Of a DNA stretch of 64,000 nt, positions 35,924 through 46,274 are shown piece after piece; the stretch's first letter is position 1, and each line of letters starts with the position of its first letter. The notes under the pieces were generated by a model. The model was given only the letters and a program-made list of their open reading frames with translations, did no database searches and was not told where the DNA came from. A program made the translations under genes and the position numbers. Source of the stretch: Gammaproteobacteria bacterium (GTDB taxonomy: Bacteria > Pseudomonadota > Gammaproteobacteria > SZUA-229); contig JAPHSS010000022.1 in assembly GCA_026195255.1 (NCBI GenBank), positions 16,599 through 80,598 on the forward strand, in the 5' to 3' direction.

Positions 35924-38634
35924 TACCTCAATTCCCTCAATACTCTAAAACCCGTTGCTATATCAGCGGAACCATTATGAGCTAGTGTAGTTGTTACGTC
36001 GCAATCTTCCATGCTTTGTTCAAAAGAGCCGCCAACTGCAACCAGTTTACGGCCCTTATCATAGACCCATTCCTGAACATTACCTACGTAATTGACTAAT
36101 CCCCAGCTATTCTGCTTACCAATATTTGTAGAAACCAGTTTACCTCCCTTTTGTATTCCACGGGTACTTAACTTGCAGTTTCTATTAGCATCAAGTTTTT
36201 TGCGTCTTGATTTTGCTGCATATACCCACTCGTTTTTAGTAGGTAAACGATATTTCTGTCCAGATTGTTTACTTAACCATTTAATGTACGCTTTAACGAC
36301 TTTAAAAGATAATTTAGATGCGGGTAACTGACTGTCACCGCCTGTTAATGGTTTGCAGCTGCTTGATTTTTTGCAGAATGCATTAAGTTCTTTAATTGAA
36401 ACTTCATACTTACCTATTGCAAAGGTCTTAAATTTGGAGTTACCGGGTATTACTACCAGTATTGGGCCTGTACCTGAATCCTTAATTTTATCTTTGCATA
36501 TTGCACGTTTTCCACGTGCACCGAGTCCAGCTAGTGACTTGTCACAGGGATCACGTGAGTCTATTTCAATAGCAGCAAGAACCCTGTTAGATTTAAAGAT
36601 ACGTAAGCTGTGTGTTTTAGCTTCACGTGCACGCTCAGGAAATGCTTTACCGGTTTGTTTGATGCAGGCTGCTAAAGAATTAATCAGTTTATTTTTAATG
36701 CTGTTATAACGGTTTCGATCAAGTCCACGTAATTTATCTATAGCCGTTTCAAGATTCCGCATATTGAGTCTACCTTGACACTTTAATTGATTGTTTACAT
36801 TATTCAAGGCAACATCAAATAACTGAGTCTGTTTCTGTTTTGCGGATATTTTCTTAGTTGTAACTTTTTTCTTGGTTTGTTGAGCAAGCATATTAGCCTG
36901 CTCGCGCTCGGCCTGTTTTGCTATTCTATTCTTGTTCTGCTCAATAGATGCGGCTATTTCTTTTGTTTTCAGGTTTAACACGTCATGATCATCAGTATAA
37001 CGTTTTGCATTTTCGATTAAATGTTTCGCTTTTCTGTATTTATAAGCTTTTATAGCTGTAGTGATTTCATCTAAATACAACTTATATGCGACCGCTTTTT
37101 GATCAATAACCCAGGGGTCTTCACCTTTTGTTAATATCAGTAAATCTTTTATATCCTTCCAGATAGAGTCTTCCCAGGGGTCAGTAAATGTAGGGTTTTT
37201 TAATAAATTTACAAGGTCTTCTTTGTAAAAATCTATGCGTATTTTTAATTCCAGTTCATTTCGAATATCAAATTCTGAATATGGATCTACTGGCTTATCC
37301 TGAATAAATAAGAAATAACCTGTTATAGCAACCGAAAGCAGTAATGCAAAAATGGTAGCCATTCTATTAGGCGCTTTAAGTTTCGGAGATATGGCTTCGA
37401 TAAATTTATCAACCGATTCCATTCTGTCTTCGCGCTTAAATGAAATAGCTTTTTCGATTGCTCGCCACTGATACTTCTTGATATTGTTAATGCGTTTTGG
37501 TTTTAATTTTTGTCTTTCTGCTTCATCAGCCGGTACTTTATTATATGGGTGTGAGCCGGTAAATAACTCATATGCAACACAACCTAGTGCATAAATATCA
37601 TCACGTATATCTGGCTCTTCACCTTCTAACATTTCTAGACTGGCATATGCCGGCGTTAAGGCGCCTAAATTACCTGCATCAAATACCGTTTTATCTTCCG
37701 GATTATCTTCTAGATGTTCAACTTTAGAAACCGCTCTGGCAATACCAAAATCAAAAACTTTTGCCAAGCCACGTTGTGTTACAAAAACATTACCGGGTTT
37801 AAAGTCTGAGTGAATTATTTTTTCAGCATGTGCGTGTGATAATGCTAATGACATGCCTTTGATGATGGCCCAGGCATCATCAGTTGGTAGGCCTGTAGAT
37901 TTGTACTGTCTTATTAATTGATCTAGTGGTTGACCATCCATAAACTCCATGGTCATAAAAACAGTGTCGCCATCTCTGTCAAAATCGAAAACGTTCACAA
38001 TATTAGGGTGAGCAATTCGTTGTGACTTTCGTGATTCTCTCTGTAGTGAAATAAAAGCCTCTGGATGTGCTTTAAATTCTTCACTTAAAACTTTTATAGC
38101 TACATAAGGGTCTCGATCCTGCGCTTCAACTTTGAGTAGATCTTTTGCTTTATAAACTATACCCATACCGCCTGCACCTAGAACACTTTCTAGTACAAAA
38201 CGATCTTTTAAAATACCATGTTCACCTACTTTCACTTCAGACGCTAAAAATTGTCCGGTTGATAAAGTTGGGTCTGTATTGTCAGGCGTTGCATTTGAAT
38301 TTGATGCAGGCGATATTCTTGTTTTATCTTCTAGTGGAGTGACAACAGGTTTAAACTGAGTGACATCCGATGTAGCGGGTTGTTTTTTTGCAGGCGCAAC
38401 TCTGGTTTTATCATCAGCTGCCTGTGCAGGTTTTCTGGGTTGCGCGACACGTGTTTTATCATCATCCACAGTTTGATTTGTGGTTTTTTTTGTTGGAGCT
38501 ATACGTGTTTTGTCATCATCAGATACATTATTATCAGGCTTTTTAACTGGTGCAATACGTGTAGCGTCATCTGAAACCGGTTTTTTGGATGCAGGTATTT
38601 TAATTTTTGTTTTATCTGATTCGTTATCACTCAT
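35923..38634 (-). CDS. ppkA: T6SS Ser/Thr protein kinase (PpkA-like) with N-terminal D-x-T repeats, TM helix and C-terminal FGE-sulfatase/SUMF1 domain
   Basis: LGAGGMG.VY, VAIK, HSDFKPGN, DFG; TM ATIFALLLSVAITGYFLFI; FAIGKYEVS, YRLPT..EW.YAA, NSWGL....GNVQEWV, GFRV. Confidence 0.88.
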   Translation of the reverse strand: MSDNESDKTKIKIPASKKPVSDDATRIAPVKKPDNNVSDDDKTRIAPTKKTTNQTVDDDKTRVAQPRKPAQAADDKTRVAPAKKQPATSDVTQFKPVVTPLEDKTRISPASNSNATPDNTDPTLSTGQFLASEVKVGEHGILKDRFVLESVLGAGGMGIVYKAKDLLKVEAQDRDPYVAIKVLSEEFKAHPEAFISLQRESRKSQRIAHPNIVNVFDFDRDGDTVFMTMEFMDGQPLDQLIRQYKSTGLPTDDAWAIIKGMSLALSHAHAEKIIHSDFKPGNVFVTQRGLAKVFDFGIARAVSKVEHLEDNPEDKTVFDAGNLGALTPAYASLEMLEGEEPDIRDDIYALGCVAYELFTGSHPYNKVPADEAERQKLKPKRINNIKKYQWRAIEKAISFKREDRMESVDKFIEAISPKLKAPNRMATIFALLLSVAITGYFLFIQDKPVDPYSEFDIRNELELKIRIDFYKEDLVNLLKNPTFTDPWEDSIWKDIKDLLILTKGEDPWVIDQKAVAYKLYLDEITTAIKAYKYRKAKHLIENAKRYTDDHDVLNLKTKEIAASIEQNKNRIAKQAEREQANMLAQQTKKKVTTKKISAKQKQTQLFDVALNNVNNQLKCQGRLNMRNLETAIDKLRGLDRNRYNSIKNKLINSLAACIKQTGKAFPERAREAKTHSLRIFKSNRVLAAIEIDSRDPCDKSLAGLGARGKRAICKDKIKDSGTGPILVVIPGNSKFKTFAIGKYEVSIKELNAFCKKSSSCKPLTGGDSQLPASKLSFKVVKAYIKWLSKQSGQKYRLPTKNEWVYAAKSRRKKLDANRNCKLSTRGIQKGGKLVSTNIGKQNSWGLVNYVGNVQEWVYDKGRKLVAVGGSFEQSMEDCDVTTTLAHNGSADIATGFRVLRELR

Positions 38635-38645
38635 TATGAATCAAC

Positions 38646-39425
38646 TTATTCCTGCAATATAACTTGGGTTGAATAGGCGGCATCAGGTTCTCCCTTTACC
38701 AGTATGACAGAAACATTATCATTAGCACCATTATCAAGTGCTTTCTTAATTAATGCGTCTATAGCTTCCTGTAGAGGTAAGCTTGATAAAATCTGCGCGA
38801 TTTCATCTTTTGGTACCATGTTATATAAACCATCACTGCAAAGTAAAAAAGTGTCACCAAGTTGTACACTGAAGACATTAATATCTATATAAATATCGGG
38901 GCTTGCACCGATAGCGCGGGTTATAACATTTGAGTCTGGATGCACTTCCGCTTCTTCAGGAGTTAAAAACCCTTGTTGTACAAGTTCTTCAACCTGACTA
39001 TGGTCACGGGATAACTGTATAAAATTATTATTACGAAAGCGGTATAGTCGAGAGTCCCCTGCCCATAAGCAAATACCTACGTGGCCTTTAATTGCTAGTG
39101 TAACAATAGTGCTACCAAGTGTACGGCCGTCAAGCATGATATCAGCGTATTCGAGAATGCCGTGATTAACATCTATCAATCTATCTTCAACAGAATCAAT
39201 GAATTCATTAAGAGATGATTTATTGGTTACTTCAGAGAGTGATTTTACAATCATATCGCTGGCAACATTGCCTGCTTCATAACCACCCATGCCATCAGCA
39301 ACTGCCCAAAGTTGTATATCAGGCAGTGAGATAATAGAGTCTTCATTAACTTCTCTGACCATGCCTACATTGGTTTCTTCAACGGATCGCCAACGTATCG
39401 GGCGTCTGATCGTTGTATCACTCAT
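38646..39425 (-). CDS. pppA: PP2C-family phosphatase (PppA)
   Basis: G.VR..NED, AVADGMGG, WAGDSRLY, DHS, ITRA.G, LLCSDGL, DNVS; ATGA overlap with tagF. Confidence 0.9.
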   Translation of the reverse strand: MSDTTIRRPIRWRSVEETNVGMVREVNEDSIISLPDIQLWAVADGMGGYEAGNVASDMIVKSLSEVTNKSSLNEFIDSVEDRLIDVNHGILEYADIMLDGRTLGSTIVTLAIKGHVGICLWAGDSRLYRFRNNNFIQLSRDHSQVEELVQQGFLTPEEAEVHPDSNVITRAIGASPDIYIDINVFSVQLGDTFLLCSDGLYNMVPKDEIAQILSSLPLQEAIDALIKKALDNGANDNVSVILVKGEPDAAYSTQVILQE

Positions 39426-40159
39426 AAACCAGTTTCCAGATTTTGTAAATTGTAGGGAATTTTCCAGTCTCTTTGCTGCCACTGACCATCTAACATGGAT
39501 GCAATGCCACCTATAGGTGGTAATCCCTGACAACTAAATAACATCGGGCTAATTAATTGTGAACCTGATGTTTGCCATATACTATAACTTGATAAACCAG
39601 ATGTTAATGCGCCACTAAGTATATATGGTAGAGCGGCCTTCATCGAATCTGCGTCTGTACCTAAACCAAATAACATCGGGCCCATTTCACCCAGGTTAAA
39701 GGTTGGTTGGTAAGTTTCATTTATTGTAATATTTATCTCAGTGGCCATACTTATTAAACCGTCTGCATCAATACTGCCATCTAATGCAGATAAACATTGA
39801 GACTCCAGCTCATCAAACCACTGTGTTTGCTCTAACATGAATTTAACCGGATTCACATTAGCTTCAAAAGGTTTAACTAAACTTATTGGAAAATAACGGC
39901 CTACTCTATCAACACTGGGCATCATTAAACCGGCCCACATATTACTATCAATTACCCCGGGTGATAAAACAAATCGCCAGATTGGGCTGGTTAAATAAAT
40001 ATCCAGCCAGTCATCGCCCATTTGCTCCTGTGAGCCAGAAATAAAATGCTGCAACCATTCATCCCACGGAGTAATGAAAGATGTATTTAAATTTCGGAAT
40101 ATAAAATCACCATATCCGGGTAATTTACCATAAAGTCCTATTTGTAAATCAGAATTCAT
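39422..40159 (-). CDS. tagF: T6SS-associated protein TagF
   Basis: GLYGKLP..GDFI, WD.WLQ, YLTSPIWRF.L, MPSVDRVGRYFP. Confidence 0.93.
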   Translation of the reverse strand: MNSDLQIGLYGKLPGYGDFIFRNLNTSFITPWDEWLQHFISGSQEQMGDDWLDIYLTSPIWRFVLSPGVIDSNMWAGLMMPSVDRVGRYFPISLVKPFEANVNPVKFMLEQTQWFDELESQCLSALDGSIDADGLISMATEINITINETYQPTFNLGEMGPMLFGLGTDADSMKAALPYILSGALTSGLSSYSIWQTSGSQLISPMLFSCQGLPPIGGIASMLDGQWQQRDWKIPYNLQNLETGL

Positions 40160-40196
40160 ATTGAGTAAATCTCTTGAGTATTCTTTAAATAGTCCA

Positions 40197-43100
40197 TTAA
40201 ATGTTATTAGGGCACTTAAATGAGCCCAGTAAATTCTGACTAAACGGGTTATTCACGCTTTTCGCTTTAATCAGGTATTTTATCTGATGTTTAACTTTTG
40301 AAATCTTATTTTTTTCTCTATCACTGTTGTCAACTAATTCAGTGACAGAATAGGTTACAAGATAAACATTAGATTTTCTGGTTTTCTGTATCTTTGATCT
40401 ATCCTGTAACTTAAACCAGGCCCATGGGCCATCAAATGCTTTTTCATGTCTGTCTTCATCAAGGTCTTCAAACACAACACGCACACGTTTATTTTCATCT
40501 TCGCCTGACCAGTGTAAATCTTTCCAGAACTTGGGCCCGTGATTATAAGTGATGCGCTGATTGCCTACTTCGAGTAAAAAACGAGCATCAATTTTATCCA
40601 TTTTATATGGTTTTAACTGAAACGATACACTGGGTACTTCGGGGTTTTTTCTAAAGAATACATTCTTTATGGTTTGTGCACGTTGAATCTGTTTTAAAGT
40701 TGCAGAACTTAATCCTAGTGAGTGATTGTCAACTACACGATTAGACCAGCCCTTACGAGTGTTTATAAATGGTTTGACGAGTTCTGTGTAAAATTTATCC
40801 ATGGTTCCTGCAGGTTTAAAGAACTCACTAAAATCAAATAATGCAAGTTCATCACCTGACGAACGTTTAAGAGGGTAACGTCCCGCAAGTGCCTGTGAGT
40901 ACTGACTATAAACCTGGTTTTTCCACTCACTGTTCACATACTGATGAGCTGAAGAAAGTATAATCTTCCATGTTTCATCTGAAATAGATATTAACCAGCG
41001 TTTAACCGGATCAGGTGTTTTCTTTGAAAAACTTCTTAATGAAGTAATTGCATTGCCGGCACCGCTCATATAACGAGCTTTGGCAATTTCATATGCCTTT
41101 TTATTTGGATCAGGCGCTACTGATATTTCCCCAAGAAAATCTTGAAGTTGCTGAACTTTCTGAACAATAGAAGAAACAGGCGCAGGTTTTTTCCCGCTTT
41201 CTCTGAGCAGAACATTCATATCTCTAAATTGCTGATCTACTTTTGTGCCTTTAAACTTGTCAGCCATAAAACCAGTAACTGCGCCGGCTTTACCTTCTCC
41301 ATGATCATCATTCATATTTTGCATTAATTGTGATGATAACTGAGTGTTTGCTGCGCTTACCTGTAATATTGATAGTAATGGTGAGTACACTGGATCAGTA
41401 AAACTGGCTAATACTTCAGCAGCCTGTTTAACACTCTTGAATTCTGCAATTTTTAGAGCTTCAAAAACTTTTTTCCAGTGTGAAATATAATCAGCCATAT
41501 ACAGGCCTTTTACACGTTCACTGATTTCGTCTAAATCATCTTTAACAAAATCGACCCTGGCATTTTCATCATCAGATAAAACCCATCGTTCATTAACAAT
41601 ATCAGCAATAACCGGTGAATCTGTCGAAAGATCTATGTTGTCATAACCTTCTTTGGTGAACATATAAGGCATTAATAATGCGCGTTCTGTAGCAGGTGTG
41701 ATGGTGTAAGCATCACGTACAGCTTCGCCAAACATATTTAAAATATCAATTTTCTGGTTGAATTCTGGTTTAGTTCTAATACGACTGTAGATGCGTTTAT
41801 GTACAGGAACACGAAGTAAAGTGTTTCTTGTCTGGCTCACTACACGGCTATTAAGTTGCGATGGTTTTAATTCAAGCTCAAGCAAGGCCTCTAAATGTAA
41901 TTCCAGTTCTTTACGCTTAGATGCCTCACCTTGCATATTTTGCGTCCAGTCGGTAATAAACCAGTCTGAAATTAACTGTTTATCCATGTGCTCGACCTTA
42001 TTGAACATAAGGTATGTTCTAAAGCTGCTGTAAAGGTCACCTCCCTGGTGCCCCTTTTGAATTTGTTTTTCAAGATAGTCAATAATTCTAGGCAGGAATA
42101 GTTCTCTTAACTGAGCTTCATATGCCTCGTTTGCAGAGTCATCTACATTACCATCATAAAGTCCCATTCCAGATAACCAGGGATGTTCATCCTGATCATA
42201 AACAATGCTTGCTTTTGCTAATGCATTAAGAGTAGGCAAGACGACACGTAAATCTTTATTCCATAAGCTAAGGCGTTTATTTTCGGCATTAAATTCTGCG
42301 ATATAAGACTCAACCTCAGACATATACATATTATGTCGGGTGATGCTACCAGCCCATACGGTTAATAAACCAATTGTTACTAATGCGATAGATGCATATG
42401 CAGCACGTTGAGCCCATTTTATAATGATTTCAAATTTACGATTAGAGCCAACAAGTTCTGACTCTGGAAAGATAACTTCTCTAAATAGATTACCAAGAAA
42501 GTAACTTTTTCCCTGTGCGTGTTGTAGCTGAACATTTTCACGCCCAAAACCAAAGTTTGCAGACACCGATGACATCATTCTATCTATTGGTGTGCCATCC
42601 TGAGTACCACTGGTAAAATAAATGCCACGTAAATATGGCTGGAATTGAAATCTGTTTTTAACGAATGTCTGTTTTACAAAACTGTCGATAACGGTTTTAA
42701 GATTTTCAACCTGCTGTGGAAAACCCTGTATCGCAGCGCGACGCTTAACATCACGTTCTGCATGAATACGTGATAACTCTCTTGAATAAAGTCTTTCCAG
42801 TAACTTATTATATTCCGTGTCAAGATATTCAAAATCAGGGCTTTGAGAAGGCTTTGGTGCGTTGGGTAAAGATATACCCCATACCTGCTCTCTTTCTTCT
42901 TTACTTAAGTCTTCAAAGTAATCAGTAAAGCCGGAAGCAAGGTCGGCTTTAGTAAACATCAGGTATATGGGAAAACGAATTTCAAGTTTTTCCATTAACT
43001 CGTCAATACGAGTTCTAATAACTTTTGCGTGTTGAATTCGCTCTTCTTCAGTTTGTAAAAGTAAATCATGAATACTGATGGCGATAATAGCGCCATTAAT

Positions 43101-43769
43101 CGGGCGACGTCGACGATTTCTTTTTAGTAAAGATAAAAATCCTTCCCAGGCACTACTATCAACAACTTTATGACTATCCTGAGTTGTATAACGCCCGGCT
43201 GTATCAATGAGTACCGCTTCATTGGTAAACCACCAGTCACAGTTACGTGTGCCGCCTATGCCCTGTAACGCACCCTTACCAAATTGTTCAGCTAGTGGAA
43301 AATCAAGACTTGAATTCACTAGTGCTGTCGTTTTGCCTGAACCCGGAGGGCCAATAATTATGTACCAGGGTAGTTCGTAAAGTGCTTTTTTACTGCCTTT
43401 ACCGCTAAATTTTAGTTTCTTTAAAGTTGATAACGCATCAGAAAATCGCTGGTTCATTTGCTGCATTTCTTCTGATGTCTGATTAGATGAACCATCAAGT
43501 ACAAGTGATTCCTGATTGCTTTCAAGGTCGCCAACCAGCTCATCATTTTGCTTTTTATTCATCAATTGAATGCGAAGATTATTAAGCCCCCATAATATTG
43601 CTAGAATGATAATCGCAACCAGGCGGGCCACTACACTACCAAGGGGGGCCGAGTTGTCTTCTCCAAATTTTATCATTGGCCCAATAAACCAGACAATGAT
43701 AGATAATGCTAATAAACCGATAAGGGAAATGACAATTTTATTTTTAAAAAACTCTGCGATTTTTTTCAT
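40197..43769 (-). CDS. tssM: T6SS membrane complex subunit TssM (IcmF)
   Basis: LYELPWY.IIGPPGSGKTT, GTRNCDWWF, DTAGRYTTQD, RG.YFTSGTQ.G, GRYP, GPWAWF. Confidence 0.97.
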   Translation of the reverse strand: MKKIAEFFKNKIVISLIGLLALSIIVWFIGPMIKFGEDNSAPLGSVVARLVAIIILAILWGLNNLRIQLMNKKQNDELVGDLESNQESLVLDGSSNQTSEEMQQMNQRFSDALSTLKKLKFSGKGSKKALYELPWYIIIGPPGSGKTTALVNSSLDFPLAEQFGKGALQGIGGTRNCDWWFTNEAVLIDTAGRYTTQDSHKVVDSSAWEGFLSLLKRNRRRRPINGAIIAISIHDLLLQTEEERIQHAKVIRTRIDELMEKLEIRFPIYLMFTKADLASGFTDYFEDLSKEEREQVWGISLPNAPKPSQSPDFEYLDTEYNKLLERLYSRELSRIHAERDVKRRAAIQGFPQQVENLKTVIDSFVKQTFVKNRFQFQPYLRGIYFTSGTQDGTPIDRMMSSVSANFGFGRENVQLQHAQGKSYFLGNLFREVIFPESELVGSNRKFEIIIKWAQRAAYASIALVTIGLLTVWAGSITRHNMYMSEVESYIAEFNAENKRLSLWNKDLRVVLPTLNALAKASIVYDQDEHPWLSGMGLYDGNVDDSANEAYEAQLRELFLPRIIDYLEKQIQKGHQGGDLYSSFRTYLMFNKVEHMDKQLISDWFITDWTQNMQGEASKRKELELHLEALLELELKPSQLNSRVVSQTRNTLLRVPVHKRIYSRIRTKPEFNQKIDILNMFGEAVRDAYTITPATERALLMPYMFTKEGYDNIDLSTDSPVIADIVNERWVLSDDENARVDFVKDDLDEISERVKGLYMADYISHWKKVFEALKIAEFKSVKQAAEVLASFTDPVYSPLLSILQVSAANTQLSSQLMQNMNDDHGEGKAGAVTGFMADKFKGTKVDQQFRDMNVLLRESGKKPAPVSSIVQKVQQLQDFLGEISVAPDPNKKAYEIAKARYMSGAGNAITSLRSFSKKTPDPVKRWLISISDETWKIILSSAHQYVNSEWKNQVYSQYSQALAGRYPLKRSSGDELALFDFSEFFKPAGTMDKFYTELVKPFINTRKGWSNRVVDNHSLGLSSATLKQIQRAQTIKNVFFRKNPEVPSVSFQLKPYKMDKIDARFLLEVGNQRITYNHGPKFWKDLHWSGEDENKRVRVVFEDLDEDRHEKAFDGPWAWFKLQDRSKIQKTRKSNVYLVTYSVTELVDNSDREKNKISKVKHQIKYLIKAKSVNNPFSQNLLGSFKCPNNI

Positions 43770-43848
43770 AAATTTTTAACTATTTTTTATTTTATATTTA
43801 AATAAAGATTAAGTAGTTTAATGACTTGTCTTTACGGATTTTTTAAAC

Positions 43849-44808
43849 TTACTTTTTTTCGGGTGTTTTACGCGCAACAGTTCGCATATCTGCGATTTCA
43901 TCTAACTGTTTTACAACGGGTGAAGATGATTCATAAAGCCAGATTCTAAATCCGGAATAACTAAGAAATAATATTGCGCCGACAATGCTACCAATAACCC
44001 ACATAGGAATATAATCAGCTAGTGAGTTTCTGGTTTTACCTAAACCCCGCCAGCTTGGTGATAAAGAACGTTCATATTCACCCCTTTGACGACGTATTAT
44101 ATTAAACAGATCATCGCGCATTTGTTCAATCATATCGCGGCCACGATGTATGACTCTGTATTTTCCTTCAAACCCCAGACTTAAAAGAATATACATCAGC
44201 TCGAGAATATATAAATTCTCTGCAGGCTGTTCTTTCATACGATCGAGTATTAAAAAGAATTTTTCACCACCAGAGGTCTCATTGTGAAATACACTCAGTA
44301 GCGTTCTCTGTGGCCAGGCACTTTCACTGCCCCAGGGAGTATTCAATACAGCTTCATCAAGCGCAACGCACATGGCGTACCTGGCAGATAAAACCACTTC
44401 AGGTTTTATACCTGTTTGTTTGGCTGTGTTTTCGAAAGTTTTGAGTTCATTTACCATACGCTGATGTAACCCACCTACATCAGGGTGAGAAACAGACGTG
44501 CGTGTTTTTTCAAATACAGCAATTAAAGTTGATGCAGCATTAACTAACGGGTTGAGCCCGCTAGAAGTACTGAAGTATGCATTTGCAGAACCTGCTGGTG
44601 CCTGTGCCTGAACAGGTTGTTGCTGTTGATAAGCAGGCGGCGACTGCGGTGGCTGTTGTGCAGGTTGTTGCATTGGCTGCTGTGGTGGTTGAGCTGCTGG
44701 TGGTTGTTGAGCACCACCCCGCCCACCAGGCATCGGTCTGATAACGGTTCGATCGCCATCCACCGATGGTTGTCTAAATACTGTCTTGTCAGAATCATCT
44801 GATGACAT
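43849..44808 (-). CDS. tssL: T6SS TssL (DotU), no OmpA domain, Pro/Gln-rich N-terminus
   Basis: NPL..AA..L, ARY..C.ALDEAVL.TPWG, GGEKFF, LSLGFEGKY, LSP.W.G, C-terminal TM. Confidence 0.95.
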   Translation of the reverse strand: MSSDDSDKTVFRQPSVDGDRTVIRPMPGGRGGAQQPPAAQPPQQPMQQPAQQPPQSPPAYQQQQPVQAQAPAGSANAYFSTSSGLNPLVNAASTLIAVFEKTRTSVSHPDVGGLHQRMVNELKTFENTAKQTGIKPEVVLSARYAMCVALDEAVLNTPWGSESAWPQRTLLSVFHNETSGGEKFFLILDRMKEQPAENLYILELMYILLSLGFEGKYRVIHRGRDMIEQMRDDLFNIIRRQRGEYERSLSPSWRGLGKTRNSLADYIPMWVIGSIVGAILFLSYSGFRIWLYESSSPVVKQLDEIADMRTVARKTPEKK

Positions 44809-44868
44809 TATGTGCTCCGAATTTAAGTGCTATAAAAGCCATTTCTAAAAATCTATTTATCTAAGTTA

Positions 44869-46203
44869 TTATTGTCGAACTGCCCAGAACTCTATTTCCA
44901 GTCCTGGGAAATCACCACCAATATGTAACGCGAAACCACCTGAATGTTTTAATTCGTTCCAGAAGTCACTCTGTTGATCTAACTGGAAGTATGTAAAACC
45001 GGAATGAAATGGAATTTGTCGAGGTGCTACGGGTAAAGGTTTAATCGCAATACCTGGCATTGCCGCATTTACCAACTGACGAATTCGTTCAACCGGTCCA
45101 ATTTTAATCTGTGCAGGTAAATGCGCACGTAATGCATCTTCTGGCACATCTGCTCGGACTGATAATACAAACATAGCGGTACCAATAAGTGATCTGTCAG
45201 CAATTTCTGCAACACGAATACCGTACTTTTTCTCAACCAGATTAAGAGAAACCGCTGTTTGTTCGTAAACCATACTTAAACAGTTTCTAAGCTCGGTGAT
45301 AACGGGCGTAAAGGTGGCCTGTAAGTCATCGTGTAGATAAGCCGGAAAACTGGGTGTTCGTTTATTTTTACTAACAAAGGTCGAAAGTTCACCCACCATT
45401 TGTACTGACTCGGCAAATAAATCGACTGGATGTAAACCATTCATTTTTAAAAGATGATTTGACATGGGTTCAAGACGATTAATTAATTGCAGCATCATAT
45501 AATCTGCTACTTCAGCAGTACCGCCGCGATTAGTGTCAGCAAGCCTGCCTGCAATTGCTTCACCACGGTGATGTAATAATCCGATCAGTTCTGTTAGAAA
45601 ACCCGTTAACTTTGGTGATTTTTTGCAATCAAGGCAGGTTGCAATATAACTGTCATCTAATAGAACGTTTTTATCTTCTCGTGATTCAGCAATGCGAATA
45701 ATGCCGACACAGGCGTAACCGCTTAGATCATCTGTTTCTAACATTAACCTAAAGCGTAATTTACCCACGTGCATAGAAATATTGTCACCTGACTCATTCG
45801 ACACATCCCGGGTTTCCTGCTCGTAACTAAAGTAGCGAGCAAGACCCTGAGTGTTTTCCTCGGCAATGACATCAACTGCACCGGGACGCTTAACAGGTAC
45901 ACATACATATAAGATGCTGTTATGTGTGTTCTCAGGCACTTCGTAAACCGGTGGCGGCTCATCAACATCAGGGAAACTAAAAGGTGTCCCGTCAGGGAAA
46001 ACGCCCTTGCCTTTTATAACAGATACTTTTCCAAGCGTGAGTAACTGCTGATCAATTTCAAACTCGTGCATACCCCAACCATATGCACCATAAGCAGAGC
46101 ATTTCCCTTCCAGTAAACGCTCAAAATAACGTTCCTGTTGCTGAAAATGTTGAGGGTTTAAAAACATGCCTTCTGACCAGACAACTTTACTATCTAATGA
46201 CAT
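44869..46203 (-). CDS. tssK: T6SS baseplate subunit TssK
   Basis: VVWSEGMFL.PQHFQQQERY, G.FPDGT, KIGP, LP.APRQIPFH.GF.YF, FP.L..E.WAVR. Confidence 0.97.
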   Translation of the reverse strand: MSLDSKVVWSEGMFLNPQHFQQQERYFERLLEGKCSAYGAYGWGMHEFEIDQQLLTLGKVSVIKGKGVFPDGTPFSFPDVDEPPPVYEVPENTHNSILYVCVPVKRPGAVDVIAEENTQGLARYFSYEQETRDVSNESGDNISMHVGKLRFRLMLETDDLSGYACVGIIRIAESREDKNVLLDDSYIATCLDCKKSPKLTGFLTELIGLLHHRGEAIAGRLADTNRGGTAEVADYMMLQLINRLEPMSNHLLKMNGLHPVDLFAESVQMVGELSTFVSKNKRTPSFPAYLHDDLQATFTPVITELRNCLSMVYEQTAVSLNLVEKKYGIRVAEIADRSLIGTAMFVLSVRADVPEDALRAHLPAQIKIGPVERIRQLVNAAMPGIAIKPLPVAPRQIPFHSGFTYFQLDQQSDFWNELKHSGGFALHIGGDFPGLEIEFWAVRQ

Positions 46204-46274
46204 TATTATTCGCCAGTTTTATAATTATTATACTGATTTGCACAGATCAAAACTGTACAGGTTAATTGTACTGA

